Source: Candidatus Binatia bacterium (GTDB lineage: Bacteria > Desulfobacterota > Binatia > UBA9968 > JAJDTQ01). Taken from it: a stretch of DNA of 64,000 nucleotides. This document shows positions 56,416-64,000 of the stretch, one piece after another; within the stretch, counting starts at the first letter, position 1, and each line of letters starts with the position of its first letter. The stretch lies in NCBI GenBank assembly GCA_963666515.2, contig OY762897.2, positions 1,120,001 to 1,184,000 on the forward strand, written 5' to 3'. The notes under the pieces are model-generated. The model was given only the letters and a program-made list of their open reading frames with translations. It was not told the origin of the DNA and made no database searches. The position numbers and the translations under genes were made by a program.

Positions 56416-57645
56416 ATGCCCGTTCCCGCAAGCCTCACCTGCGTTCTGTGCAGCGGCGTGTACCCGGAGGGTGCGGATCAGTACAGTTGCCCGAACTGCG
56501 GCGAACTGGGCACCCTGCGGGTTTCCTACGACTATGACCGGATCGGGGCGTCGGTGAGCCGGGACGGCGTGGCCGCGGCGCCTTTCCGGGATCACTGGCG
56601 CTATCTGCCGCTGCTCCCGCTGGCGGCGGACGAGGTGGCATTCCCGTTGTCAGTGGGAGGAACGCCGCTCTATCCGGTCCCCGGTCTTAGGAAGGCATTG
56701 GGCTTGCACAGTCTCTGGATCAAGGACGATACCGCCAACCCCTCCGCTTCCCTCAAGGACCGGGCCAGCTCCGTGGTGCTGCTGAAGGGGCAGGAACTGG
56801 GCCGCCGGGAGTTCGCTACCGCCTCCACCGGAAACGCCGGCGCGTCGCTGGCGTGCCTTTCGGCGTCGCTGGGGCTGCCCTGCCACATCTTCGTGCCCGA
56901 GTCGGCTCCCCGGGCCAAGGTAGCGCAGCTTCTCATCTTCGGCGCGGACGTGCTTGCCATTCGCGGCAGCTACTCGGAGGCCTTCAGCTTGTGCGTCGAG
57001 GCCAGCGACCGTTTCGGCTGGTACAACCGCAACACCGGATACAACCCCTACACCGTGGAGGGTAAGAAGACCGTAGCGCTGGAGATCGCCGAGCAACTCG
57101 GCTGGGATCCGCCCGACACGGTCATTGTCGCCACCGGGGACGGCTGCATCCTGAGCGGAGTCTGGAAAGGGTTCACGGACCTTCATCGGCTGGGGTGGAT
57201 ATCCCGCTTGCCGCGGCTGGTTGCGGCCCAGGCCGAGGGCTCGCAGGCCATCAAGAATGCCTTCGAGGGCGACGGGACCATTCGTGCAGTGGTGGAAGAT
57301 ACGCTGGCCGACAGCATCAGCGTGGCGTTGCCGCGCAACGGGGTCATGGCGGTGCAGGACCTTCGGGCCTCCGGCGGCAGTGCCGTCAGCGTGGCGGACG
57401 GCGAGATCCTCGAAGCCATGGCGCTGTTGGGCAGGACCGCCGGGCTCTTCGCCGAGCCCGCAGCCGCCGCGGCCGTCGCCGCCCTGGTAAAGCTCGTGGA
57501 CAGGGGCGATATCGCATCCGGCGAGCGCGTCGTCGTGCTTTCCACGGGCCACGGCCTCAAGGACGTCGATGCCGCGTTGCAGGCGGTTGATCCGCCGGAG
57601 CCCTTCGACTGTTCCATCGACGCGGTGGAAGGGAGGATTCGGTAA
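56416..57645 (+). CDS. Threonine synthase-like PLP enzyme with N-terminal Zn ribbon
   Basis: CVLC..CPNC, NPSASLKDR, ASTGNAG, EGKKT, FAEP, TGHGLKD. Confidence 0.85.
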   Translation: MPVPASLTCVLCSGVYPEGADQYSCPNCGELGTLRVSYDYDRIGASVSRDGVAAAPFRDHWRYLPLLPLAADEVAFPLSVGGTPLYPVPGLRKALGLHSLWIKDDTANPSASLKDRASSVVLLKGQELGRREFATASTGNAGASLACLSASLGLPCHIFVPESAPRAKVAQLLIFGADVLAIRGSYSEAFSLCVEASDRFGWYNRNTGYNPYTVEGKKTVALEIAEQLGWDPPDTVIVATGDGCILSGVWKGFTDLHRLGWISRLPRLVAAQAEGSQAIKNAFEGDGTIRAVVEDTLADSISVALPRNGVMAVQDLRASGGSAVSVADGEILEAMALLGRTAGLFAEPAAAAAVAALVKLVDRGDIASGERVVVLSTGHGLKDVDAALQAVDPPEPFDCSIDAVEGRIR

Positions 57646-57664
57646 AGCGGTGAGCCGCTACGTA

Positions 57665-57765
57665 TCCGTCATTCCGGCGAAAGCCGGAATCCAGGAGCGG
57701 TGGGGATGGCCCCGCTGTGCTTCTCCGTCAATCCCCTGGATTCCGGCTTTCGCCGGAATGACGGA
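57665..57765. repeat. CGTC-family REP doublet with 31-bp inverted arms
   Basis: TCCGTCATTCCGGCGAAAGCCGGAATCCAGG ... CCTGGATTCCGGCTTTCGCCGGAATGACGGA. Confidence 0.88.
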
Positions 57766-57833
57766 TTCCGACTGTCCGGGTACGGTGCGACATGTCGCAC
57801 CGAGACCGATGACGGAAAGGTAAGGAGATTCGA

Positions 57834-59201
57834 GTGCCACAGGACTTGCAAAGTTTCTTGAAGCGATTGAAGGATGAGTGCCCGGAGCAGTTCCTCGACG
57901 TGAACGAGCCCGTGTCGCGGGAGTTCGAGGCCACGGCTCTGGTCATGGAGGCCGAGCGGCTGGCGTCGTGTCCGGCGGTGATGTTCCGAAACGTCTCCGG
58001 CAGCCAGTTCCCCATGGCGGCCAACGTGCTGGCCCACCGGCCGCGGCTGGCCTGGGCTTTCGGCGCATCGGAAGAACGACTGGTGCACGAGTTCAAGGAG
58101 CGTATCCAGCAGCCCGTGCCGCCCAAGGTATTCAAGGACGCACCCTTCCAGGAAAACAGCCTGCTGAACGAATCGGTGGACTTGGGGCAACTTCCGATCC
58201 TGACCCATTTCGAGCAGGACGGCGGCCCCTACGTGACCGCCGGGCTGGTGGTGGCGCGGGACCCGCAGTCCGGCATGAGCACGGTGGGCTTCCACCGGAT
58301 GCAGCTCAAGGGGCCGCGCAAGCTGGGAGTCAGCCTCCATTCCCGGCGCCGCATGTTCGAATATTTCCGCCGCGCCGAGGAAAAGGGCGAGTCCCTGGAG
58401 GCAGCGGTCTGCATCGGCGTGCACCCGCTGGTCTCCTTGGGGGCGTTGACGCTGCCGCCGGCCGGAATCGAGAAGTTCGCGCTCCAGGGCGGGCTTTTGG
58501 GAGAGCCGCTGGAGTTGGCGCACTGCGCCACCGTGGACGTCGACGTGCCGCGGTGGTCGGAGATCGTCATCGAAGGACGGATTCTCAAGGACGTGCGCGA
58601 GAAGGAGGGGCCGTTCGGCGAGTTCACCGGTTACGCCTCCAGCCGCAGCACCGAGAACGTCTTCGAGGCCACCGCGCTGCACTACCGCAACGGCGCCGTC
58701 TACCAGGACATCAACGGCGGCGACAGCATGGAGCATTGCCGCTGCCTGTCCATGCCCCGTGAAGTGGAGTTCACCAACGTGCTGGGCAAGACCATTCCCA
58801 ACCTCAAGGCGGTGCACGTGCCGGTGCGGTCGGGCATCGGCAGCTTCCACTGCTATGTCTCCATGCGCAAGACCGCGGAGGGGCAGGGGAAGCAGGCCAT
58901 CTTCAGCGTGCTGGGGGCCGACCACTACGTCAAGCTGGTGGTGGTGGTGGACAACGACGTCGACATCTTCGACGAGGAGCAGGTGTTGTGGGCCATCGCC
59001 ACCCGGATGCAGGCCAACCGGGACGTCATCATCGTGGACGAGGCCATGGGGACGCTGCTGGACCCGTCGGCCACCGACGCCATCACCGCGAAGATGGGCA
59101 TCGACGCCACCAAACCTTTGGGCGAGTTCGCTTCTACCCTTTCTATCGAGCCGGGCGCGGTGGAGCGCGCGCGTCGGCTCATGAGCAAGCTGACCGGATA
59201 G
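57834..59201 (+). CDS. UbiD family decarboxylase #3
   Basis: DGGPYVTAG, GFHRM, EGPFGEFTGY, WAIATRMQ, KMGIDAT; GTG start after AAGGAG. Confidence 0.92.
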   Translation: MPQDLQSFLKRLKDECPEQFLDVNEPVSREFEATALVMEAERLASCPAVMFRNVSGSQFPMAANVLAHRPRLAWAFGASEERLVHEFKERIQQPVPPKVFKDAPFQENSLLNESVDLGQLPILTHFEQDGGPYVTAGLVVARDPQSGMSTVGFHRMQLKGPRKLGVSLHSRRRMFEYFRRAEEKGESLEAAVCIGVHPLVSLGALTLPPAGIEKFALQGGLLGEPLELAHCATVDVDVPRWSEIVIEGRILKDVREKEGPFGEFTGYASSRSTENVFEATALHYRNGAVYQDINGGDSMEHCRCLSMPREVEFTNVLGKTIPNLKAVHVPVRSGIGSFHCYVSMRKTAEGQGKQAIFSVLGADHYVKLVVVVDNDVDIFDEEQVLWAIATRMQANRDVIIVDEAMGTLLDPSATDAITAKMGIDATKPLGEFASTLSIEPGAVERARRLMSKLTG

Positions 59202-59205
59202 CGGG

Positions 59206-60783
59206 ATGGAGAGCTTCCGGACTTTTCTGGACGATCTGCGGAACGCCGGCCAACTGGTTGACATACGCAAACCGGTCGATGTCCGGCATATCGCGGCGCT
59301 GGTGGACCAAGCTTCGACCGCGCTGCTGTTTCACAGGGTGCGCGGCTACGACTTGCCGGTCGTGTCGGGTCTGTTGAACGACCGGACGCGGATCGCGCTG
59401 TCGGCGGGCTGTGACTACTCGCAGATGGAGCAACGGCTCAGCCATGCCCTCGACCATCCCATTAATCCTGTTGAAGTCAGCGATGACGGTGCGCGGAGCT
59501 GGTATCGGGAAGGGGCCGCCGTGGACCTCTTCGACCTGCCGGTGCCGGTCTTCTCCGAGTTCGATGGCGGTCCTACCATTACCGCGGGCGTTACCCTTGC
59601 CCTCGACCCGGAGCACGGCCTCAACGCCGGCACCTATCGCTTCCAGGTCAAGGAAAGGGCGCTCACCGGCATCGACATCGTCACGCCCAACAACCTGCGC
59701 AGGCTGGCGGAGAAGGCACTGGCGGCCAACGCGCGGCTGCCCATCTCCATCAATATCGGCACGCACCCGCTGGAGTTGATGGCGTCGCTCTACAAGGCGC
59801 CCCTGGGCCGGAACGAGCTGGGGATCGCCGGCGGCATGATGGGGCGGCCGGTACGCCTCGGCGCTTGCAGGACAATCGACGTGCCCTGTCTGGCGGACGC
59901 CGAGATCGTACTGGAGGCGGAGATCCTGCCCACGGGCTGGACCCGCCAGGAGGGACGGTTCGGGGAGATGACGCGCCTCATGGGCGACGTGCACTACAAC
60001 CCGCATGTGCGGGTCAAGGCGATCTCGCGCCGCGAAGACGCCGTCTACTACGCGCTGCACATGCCTTGGGAGAACATCTGGATCAAGGAGCACGGCTTCC
60101 AGGCGGTGCTCAAGCGGGTGCTGGACGCAGCCGGGGTAACCGCGACCGCGGTGAACGTCACGCCCGGAGGCTGCTGCCATTGGCACGCGATCATCGCCAT
60201 CCGAAAGCAGCCGGGCGACCCCCAGAACGCCATCATGGCGGCGTTGTCGGTGGCGGACCTCAAGCACGTGGTGATCGTGGACGACGACATCGACGTCTAC
60301 GACGCCATGGAGGTGGAATGGGCCATGGCCACCCGGGTGCAGGCCGACCGGGACATCACCATCCTCTCTGATGCCCGCTCCAAGCCGCTGGACCCCAGCC
60401 TGCCCCTGTCGGACGGCATTCCCACCACGGCCAAGTGCGGTATCGACGCGACGATTCCCGACGGCGTCCCGAAGGCACGTTATCAGCGCATCACCTACCC
60501 CTACGCGGATGAGCTGGACCTTGCCAGTTATCTCGGCGCGACGAGCGCCGGCGAGGAGACCCACGGCATGGACGGCAGCGGAGAAGCCGCCGACCTTGGC
60601 GTCACCGTAACGCGGGTTCGCGATTTGCTGGCGGTGCGGGCGATGTACTTCAGCGAGATCGCACAAGGCGTCCCCGGGGCCGATTTCCAGTCCGTCGCTC
60701 GTGCCATGGGCGAACTCCACGCGGCTGAGGAGATCGATCAGGACGCCGAGGGGCGATACCGGCTCGCCGCTGGCGTCCCGTAG
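59206..60783 (+). CDS. UbiD family decarboxylase #4 with C-terminal extension
   Basis: DGGP.ITAG, GTYRF, EGRFGEM, VDDDID, LDPS, GIDAT, plus an extra C-terminal domain of about 60 aa. Confidence 0.9.
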   Translation: MESFRTFLDDLRNAGQLVDIRKPVDVRHIAALVDQASTALLFHRVRGYDLPVVSGLLNDRTRIALSAGCDYSQMEQRLSHALDHPINPVEVSDDGARSWYREGAAVDLFDLPVPVFSEFDGGPTITAGVTLALDPEHGLNAGTYRFQVKERALTGIDIVTPNNLRRLAEKALAANARLPISINIGTHPLELMASLYKAPLGRNELGIAGGMMGRPVRLGACRTIDVPCLADAEIVLEAEILPTGWTRQEGRFGEMTRLMGDVHYNPHVRVKAISRREDAVYYALHMPWENIWIKEHGFQAVLKRVLDAAGVTATAVNVTPGGCCHWHAIIAIRKQPGDPQNAIMAALSVADLKHVVIVDDDIDVYDAMEVEWAMATRVQADRDITILSDARSKPLDPSLPLSDGIPTTAKCGIDATIPDGVPKARYQRITYPYADELDLASYLGATSAGEETHGMDGSGEAADLGVTVTRVRDLLAVRAMYFSEIAQGVPGADFQSVARAMGELHAAEEIDQDAEGRYRLAAGVP

Positions 60784-61018
60784 CGCAATGCGAGTAACGT
60801 CAGTGCCCCCCTTGACTTGAGGTGGTTCAATAGATAATCCGTCCATTGGAGGCTCGGCCCAGGGGCTGCTTTCGGGTGGCTCCGACGGCGTTGCCTCCTT
60901 TCGTTATCCTGCCTCGCGGTGTACGGATCCGGGCGACTGAGCCCCAGCGACTTTTCTTCGTTTCTGTCCATTCCGCCTCATCCCCCTGTTTCGTACTTCA
61001 TGGGTCCGCAAACACAAG

Positions 61019-61047
61019 TTGACAGCGTTCATGGGCTGGGATAACAG
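61019..61047 (+). promoter_or_regulatory. Sigma70-like promoter upstream of the amidohydrolase-OCD genes
   Basis: TTGACA-N17-TAACAG, followed by an AAGGAG RBS. Confidence 0.45.
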
Positions 61048-61076
61048 CCTGTGAGTCGAAAGGAGAGGGATTGTCC

Positions 61077-62165
61077 ATGCCCACCATCAACGACGCGGAC
61101 GGCCACATCAACGACTACTTCTTTGGCGAAGAGATCGCCAAATACATGCCCCAAGGGAACCAGTTCAGCCAGTTGTTCCCGGTGTTCGACCACCTCCATT
61201 TTCGTTACCTGATGAAGAACCGCGTGCCCAAGTACGTGGGTGGCAGCATGAAGACCGCTCCGGGACCGGAGGAATGGCTGGAGTTCATCGACGAGACCGG
61301 CATCGCCTGGAGCGTGCTCTACCCCAGCGCCGGCCTGGGGGTAGGCCGCATCGTCTCGGTGGAGTGGGCCATCGCCGCCTGCCGGGCCTACAACAACTGG
61401 CTGCACGACCGATTCACCAGTACCACCCCTCGCCTCAAGGGCGTGGGGCTCATCCCGATACAGGACGAGGAGGAGGCGGTGGTGGAGTTGCGGCGTTGCG
61501 TCCGGGAACTGGGCATGGTGGGCGCCATGCTGCCGTCCAACGGCGAGGGCATCAAGGGCCACCTGGGAGCCAAGGCGTACTGGCCCATCTACGAGGAGGC
61601 GGAGAAGCTCGGCTGCTGCCTCACCGTGCACGGCGGCGCGCACCATCATCTCGGTCTCGATGGCTTCAGTGTCTACTACCCGGTGCACGCGCTGGGCCAT
61701 CCTTTCGGGATCATGGTGCAGGCCGCGGCGATGCTGAGCCACGGCATCTTCGAGCGCTTCCCCGGGCTGCGGGTGGCCTTCCTCGAAGGGGGCGCCACCT
61801 GGGTGCCGTTCTTCATGGACCGGCTGGACCGCTCCTACAATGAAGGGCACCTGCAGATCGACCTGTCGGGCAATCCGGTGCCCGGTCCCGGGCCGGGCGA
61901 GAAGGCCAGCGAGCACTTCAAACGCCACGTGCGAGAGGGAAGGCTCTTCGTGGGTTTCGATTGCGACGACGCCGGGCTCGCCTTCGCGGTGCAGCAGGCT
62001 GGCGCCGAGCCTTTCCTCTTCGCCAGTGACTTTCCTCACGAGGTTTTCGACGCGGCGTCGTGCCGGCACGAGATCGACGAACTGCTACAGCGGGACGACC
62101 TGACCCGGGAGCAGAAGGAGGCGGTGCTGGGCGGTAACGCGGCGCGGCTGTACGGGCTCGGTTAG
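61077..62165 (+). CDS. Amidohydrolase_2 family protein
   Basis: DADGH, RAYNNWL, TVHGG, FLEGG, ASDFPH, GGNAARLYG. Confidence 0.88.
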   Translation: MPTINDADGHINDYFFGEEIAKYMPQGNQFSQLFPVFDHLHFRYLMKNRVPKYVGGSMKTAPGPEEWLEFIDETGIAWSVLYPSAGLGVGRIVSVEWAIAACRAYNNWLHDRFTSTTPRLKGVGLIPIQDEEEAVVELRRCVRELGMVGAMLPSNGEGIKGHLGAKAYWPIYEEAEKLGCCLTVHGGAHHHLGLDGFSVYYPVHALGHPFGIMVQAAAMLSHGIFERFPGLRVAFLEGGATWVPFFMDRLDRSYNEGHLQIDLSGNPVPGPGPGEKASEHFKRHVREGRLFVGFDCDDAGLAFAVQQAGAEPFLFASDFPHEVFDAASCRHEIDELLQRDDLTREQKEAVLGGNAARLYGLG

Positions 62166-62181
62166 GAGAATCACGGCAAGG

Positions 62182-62208
62182 GTAGGGGCGACCGCCGGTC
62201 GCCCCTAC
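62182..62208. repeat. GTAG-family REP, single copy
   Basis: GTAGGGGCGACCGCCGGTCGCCCCTAC. Confidence 0.8.
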
Positions 62209-62250
62209 GGCGAACCACCACAACATGGACTGCCAGGGAATTCGGGTATC

Positions 62251-63243
62251 ATGCTCTTTCTGACTGAAGCAGACGTTCTCCAGGCCATCGAAGGCCGTAG
62301 CGCCTACGCGGAAGCGGTGGCGGTCATCGAGGAGGTGCTGCGCCAGCAGTCCGAGGGCAGCACGTTCCACCTCAAGCGCCTCACCATGGAGCATCCCGAC
62401 CACCCGGGACACCTCTGGCACAACATCCGCATCCTGCCGGGCATGGCGCCGGAGCTGGGGTACGCGGCGGTGCGGGTCTATTCGGGATACCAGGGGACGA
62501 ACCGCTCGGAAGTCATCTGCCTGTTCAACTGGGAAGACATGGAGATGTCGGCGATCATCTCCGACTACCATCTGCACGCCATCCGCACCGCGTCTCCCTA
62601 CGGCGTGGCGGCCAAGTACCTGGCGCGGGAGAACGCGCAGACCCTGGGGGTCATCGGCACCGGACGGTACGCCAAGGGTTTCGTGCAGGCGTGCTGCGCG
62701 GTGCGCGACATCCGGCACATCAAGGCCTACAGCCGGAGCGCGGACAACCGTCGCCGTTTCCGCGAGGAGATGACCGCGGTCCTGGGCATCGAGGTGGTGA
62801 CGGTGGAGTCCGGCCGGGAAGCCGTCGAAGGCACGGACATCATGCTGCTGGCCACCTCCGGCAACACCATCGTGTTCGAGGGGGACTGGCTGGAGCCCGG
62901 AGCGCTGGTCATGTCGCTGGCCCCCGGCGAGTTCGACGAGGCCACAGTGCTGGGGTCACGGGTTTTTCTGTCCGGAACCGACCAAGTGCTGGGTGATTCG
63001 CCGCCCCGGAAACCCTTCCCGTCGCTGCTGGCCGGCGGCAGGTTCTCGAAGGACGACGTGGCGGCCGAGTTCTGTGACGTAGTTTCGGGAAAGAAGCCCG
63101 GACGCTTGAGCGACGACGAGGTGATCCTCTACGAGTCCCCGGGCATGGGCATCCTGGACGTGGGGGTAGCGAGTTGGGTCTACCGGCTGGCCGGGGAAAA
63201 GGGTCTGGGAACCGAGCTGCCCTTCGGAGAAGAAGCAACTTAG
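62251..63243 (+). CDS. Ornithine cyclodeaminase / mu-crystallin family protein
   Basis: IRTA, GVIGTGRYA, YSRS, LATS, YESPGMGILD, GLGTEL. Confidence 0.88.
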   Translation: MLFLTEADVLQAIEGRSAYAEAVAVIEEVLRQQSEGSTFHLKRLTMEHPDHPGHLWHNIRILPGMAPELGYAAVRVYSGYQGTNRSEVICLFNWEDMEMSAIISDYHLHAIRTASPYGVAAKYLARENAQTLGVIGTGRYAKGFVQACCAVRDIRHIKAYSRSADNRRRFREEMTAVLGIEVVTVESGREAVEGTDIMLLATSGNTIVFEGDWLEPGALVMSLAPGEFDEATVLGSRVFLSGTDQVLGDSPPRKPFPSLLAGGRFSKDDVAAEFCDVVSGKKPGRLSDDEVILYESPGMGILDVGVASWVYRLAGEKGLGTELPFGEEAT

Positions 63244-63256
63244 GGGATCTCTGGTC

Positions 63257-63382
63257 AATGGCGTCCTTCGACTTCGCTTCGCTACGCTCAGGACGAACGG
63301 TTGGCTGCAACTCCGATGAACCCATATCCGTTCGTCCTGAGCGTAGCGGAGCGCCAGCGAAGCGAAGTCGAAGGACGCCATT
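63257..63382. repeat. Long inverted-repeat element (CCGTTCGTCCTGAGC family doublet)
   Basis: Left arm 63257-63300 is the reverse complement of 63328-63382 apart from a short insertion in the right arm. Confidence 0.85.
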
Positions 63383-63400
63383 TTTAGGCGGAGGCGTGAC

Positions 63401-64000
63401 ATGCGTACGTTGATTCGCGGCGGTTGGGTCGTCGGCTATCAGGGGGAGAATCATGCGCTCCTGCGGGACGGGGTGGTGGTGTTCGAGGACGGGCGCATCC
63501 TGCACGTGGGAACGGGCTTCGACGGCAACGTGGACAGCGAGATCGACGCCCGCGGGATGCTGGTGGCGCCGGGCTTCATCGACATGCACGTTCACGGCGG
63601 CCACCGGGCGTCGCACCGGCTGATCACCGACATCGGCCGGCCGGACTACTTCGGCCAGCCGTTCCTGGAGATCAGCGTGCCGCGGGAGGGCAAGCGCCCG
63701 ACCGGCGATCCCCGCTACACCAGGCCCGACCAGGCCGGCGCCAGCGAAGGCACCGACCTGCACGCCACCTTCACGGTGGCCGACCTGTTGCGGAACGGCG
63801 TCACCACGTTCATGGAGATCGGCAGCCAGCTCCGGGTCCAGGAGGGACTGCTCAAGGAAGTGGACCGGCTCGGCGCCCGGGCCTACCTGGGACCGGGGTT
63901 CGATTCGGGCCGCTGGGTGGCGGACGACAAGGGCCGGCTCAAGCGGGCTCTGGACGAGGCCGCGGGGTGGCGCGAGTTCGAGGGCGCCGTCGGCTTCATC
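63401..64000 (+). CDS. Metal-dependent amidohydrolase (chlorohydrolase/deaminase-like), 3' end outside window
   Basis: GGAGG RBS; MRTLIRGGWVV...APGFIDMHVH...LRNGVTT. Not in the ORF track because it has no stop in the window. Confidence 0.85.
   Translation, partial: MRTLIRGGWVVGYQGENHALLRDGVVVFEDGRILHVGTGFDGNVDSEIDARGMLVAPGFIDMHVHGGHRASHRLITDIGRPDYFGQPFLEISVPREGKRPTGDPRYTRPDQAGASEGTDLHATFTVADLLRNGVTTFMEIGSQLRVQEGLLKEVDRLGARAYLGPGFDSGRWVADDKGRLKRALDEAAGWREFEGAVGFI

Noticed and set aside
60738-60971. 77-aa minus-strand ORF in the intergenic gap
   Set aside because: No recognisable motif, atypical codon usage and overlap with the UbiD 3' end; a non-coding explanation fits better, though a small protein is not excluded.
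1-64000. tRNA, rRNA, integrase, transposase or phage genes
   Set aside because: None recognisable by eye; intergenic gaps are short and mostly explained by promoters and repeats.

Overview
GC-rich, gene-dense bacterial chromosome window with about 63 CDS. I found no rRNA, tRNA, CRISPR array, prophage or transposase. A housekeeping core (UPF0182-yicC-gmk-spoT/rel, rpmB, mutL-miaA, uppP) sits among many catabolic genes: two xanthine-dehydrogenase-family Mo-hydroxylases, four UbiD (prFMN) decarboxylases with no ubiX in view, four LLM/F420-type oxidoreductases, five amidohydrolase-fold proteins, a TctCAB transporter and a two-subunit CoA-transferase. By inference this inventory fits an uncultured 'Deltaproteobacteria'/Binatia-like heterotroph. 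Best candidates for undescribed biology: (1) a 47.2-64 kb cluster built around a four-subunit NdhFSLM-type Mo-hydroxylase, with a CoA-transferase, maleate isomerase, two PLP enzymes and a UbiD pair; (2) a divergent tctCAB <> ubiD locus followed by an unannotated 48-aa Zn-ribbon gene and an NMNAT-like gene; (3) mini-ORFs bridging both tct gene junctions; (4) a coiled-coil/AT-hook/winged-helix protein resembling a nucleoid-associated protein; (5) three families of REP/REPIN-like palindromes. All assignments come from reading motifs by eye; no database searches were run.
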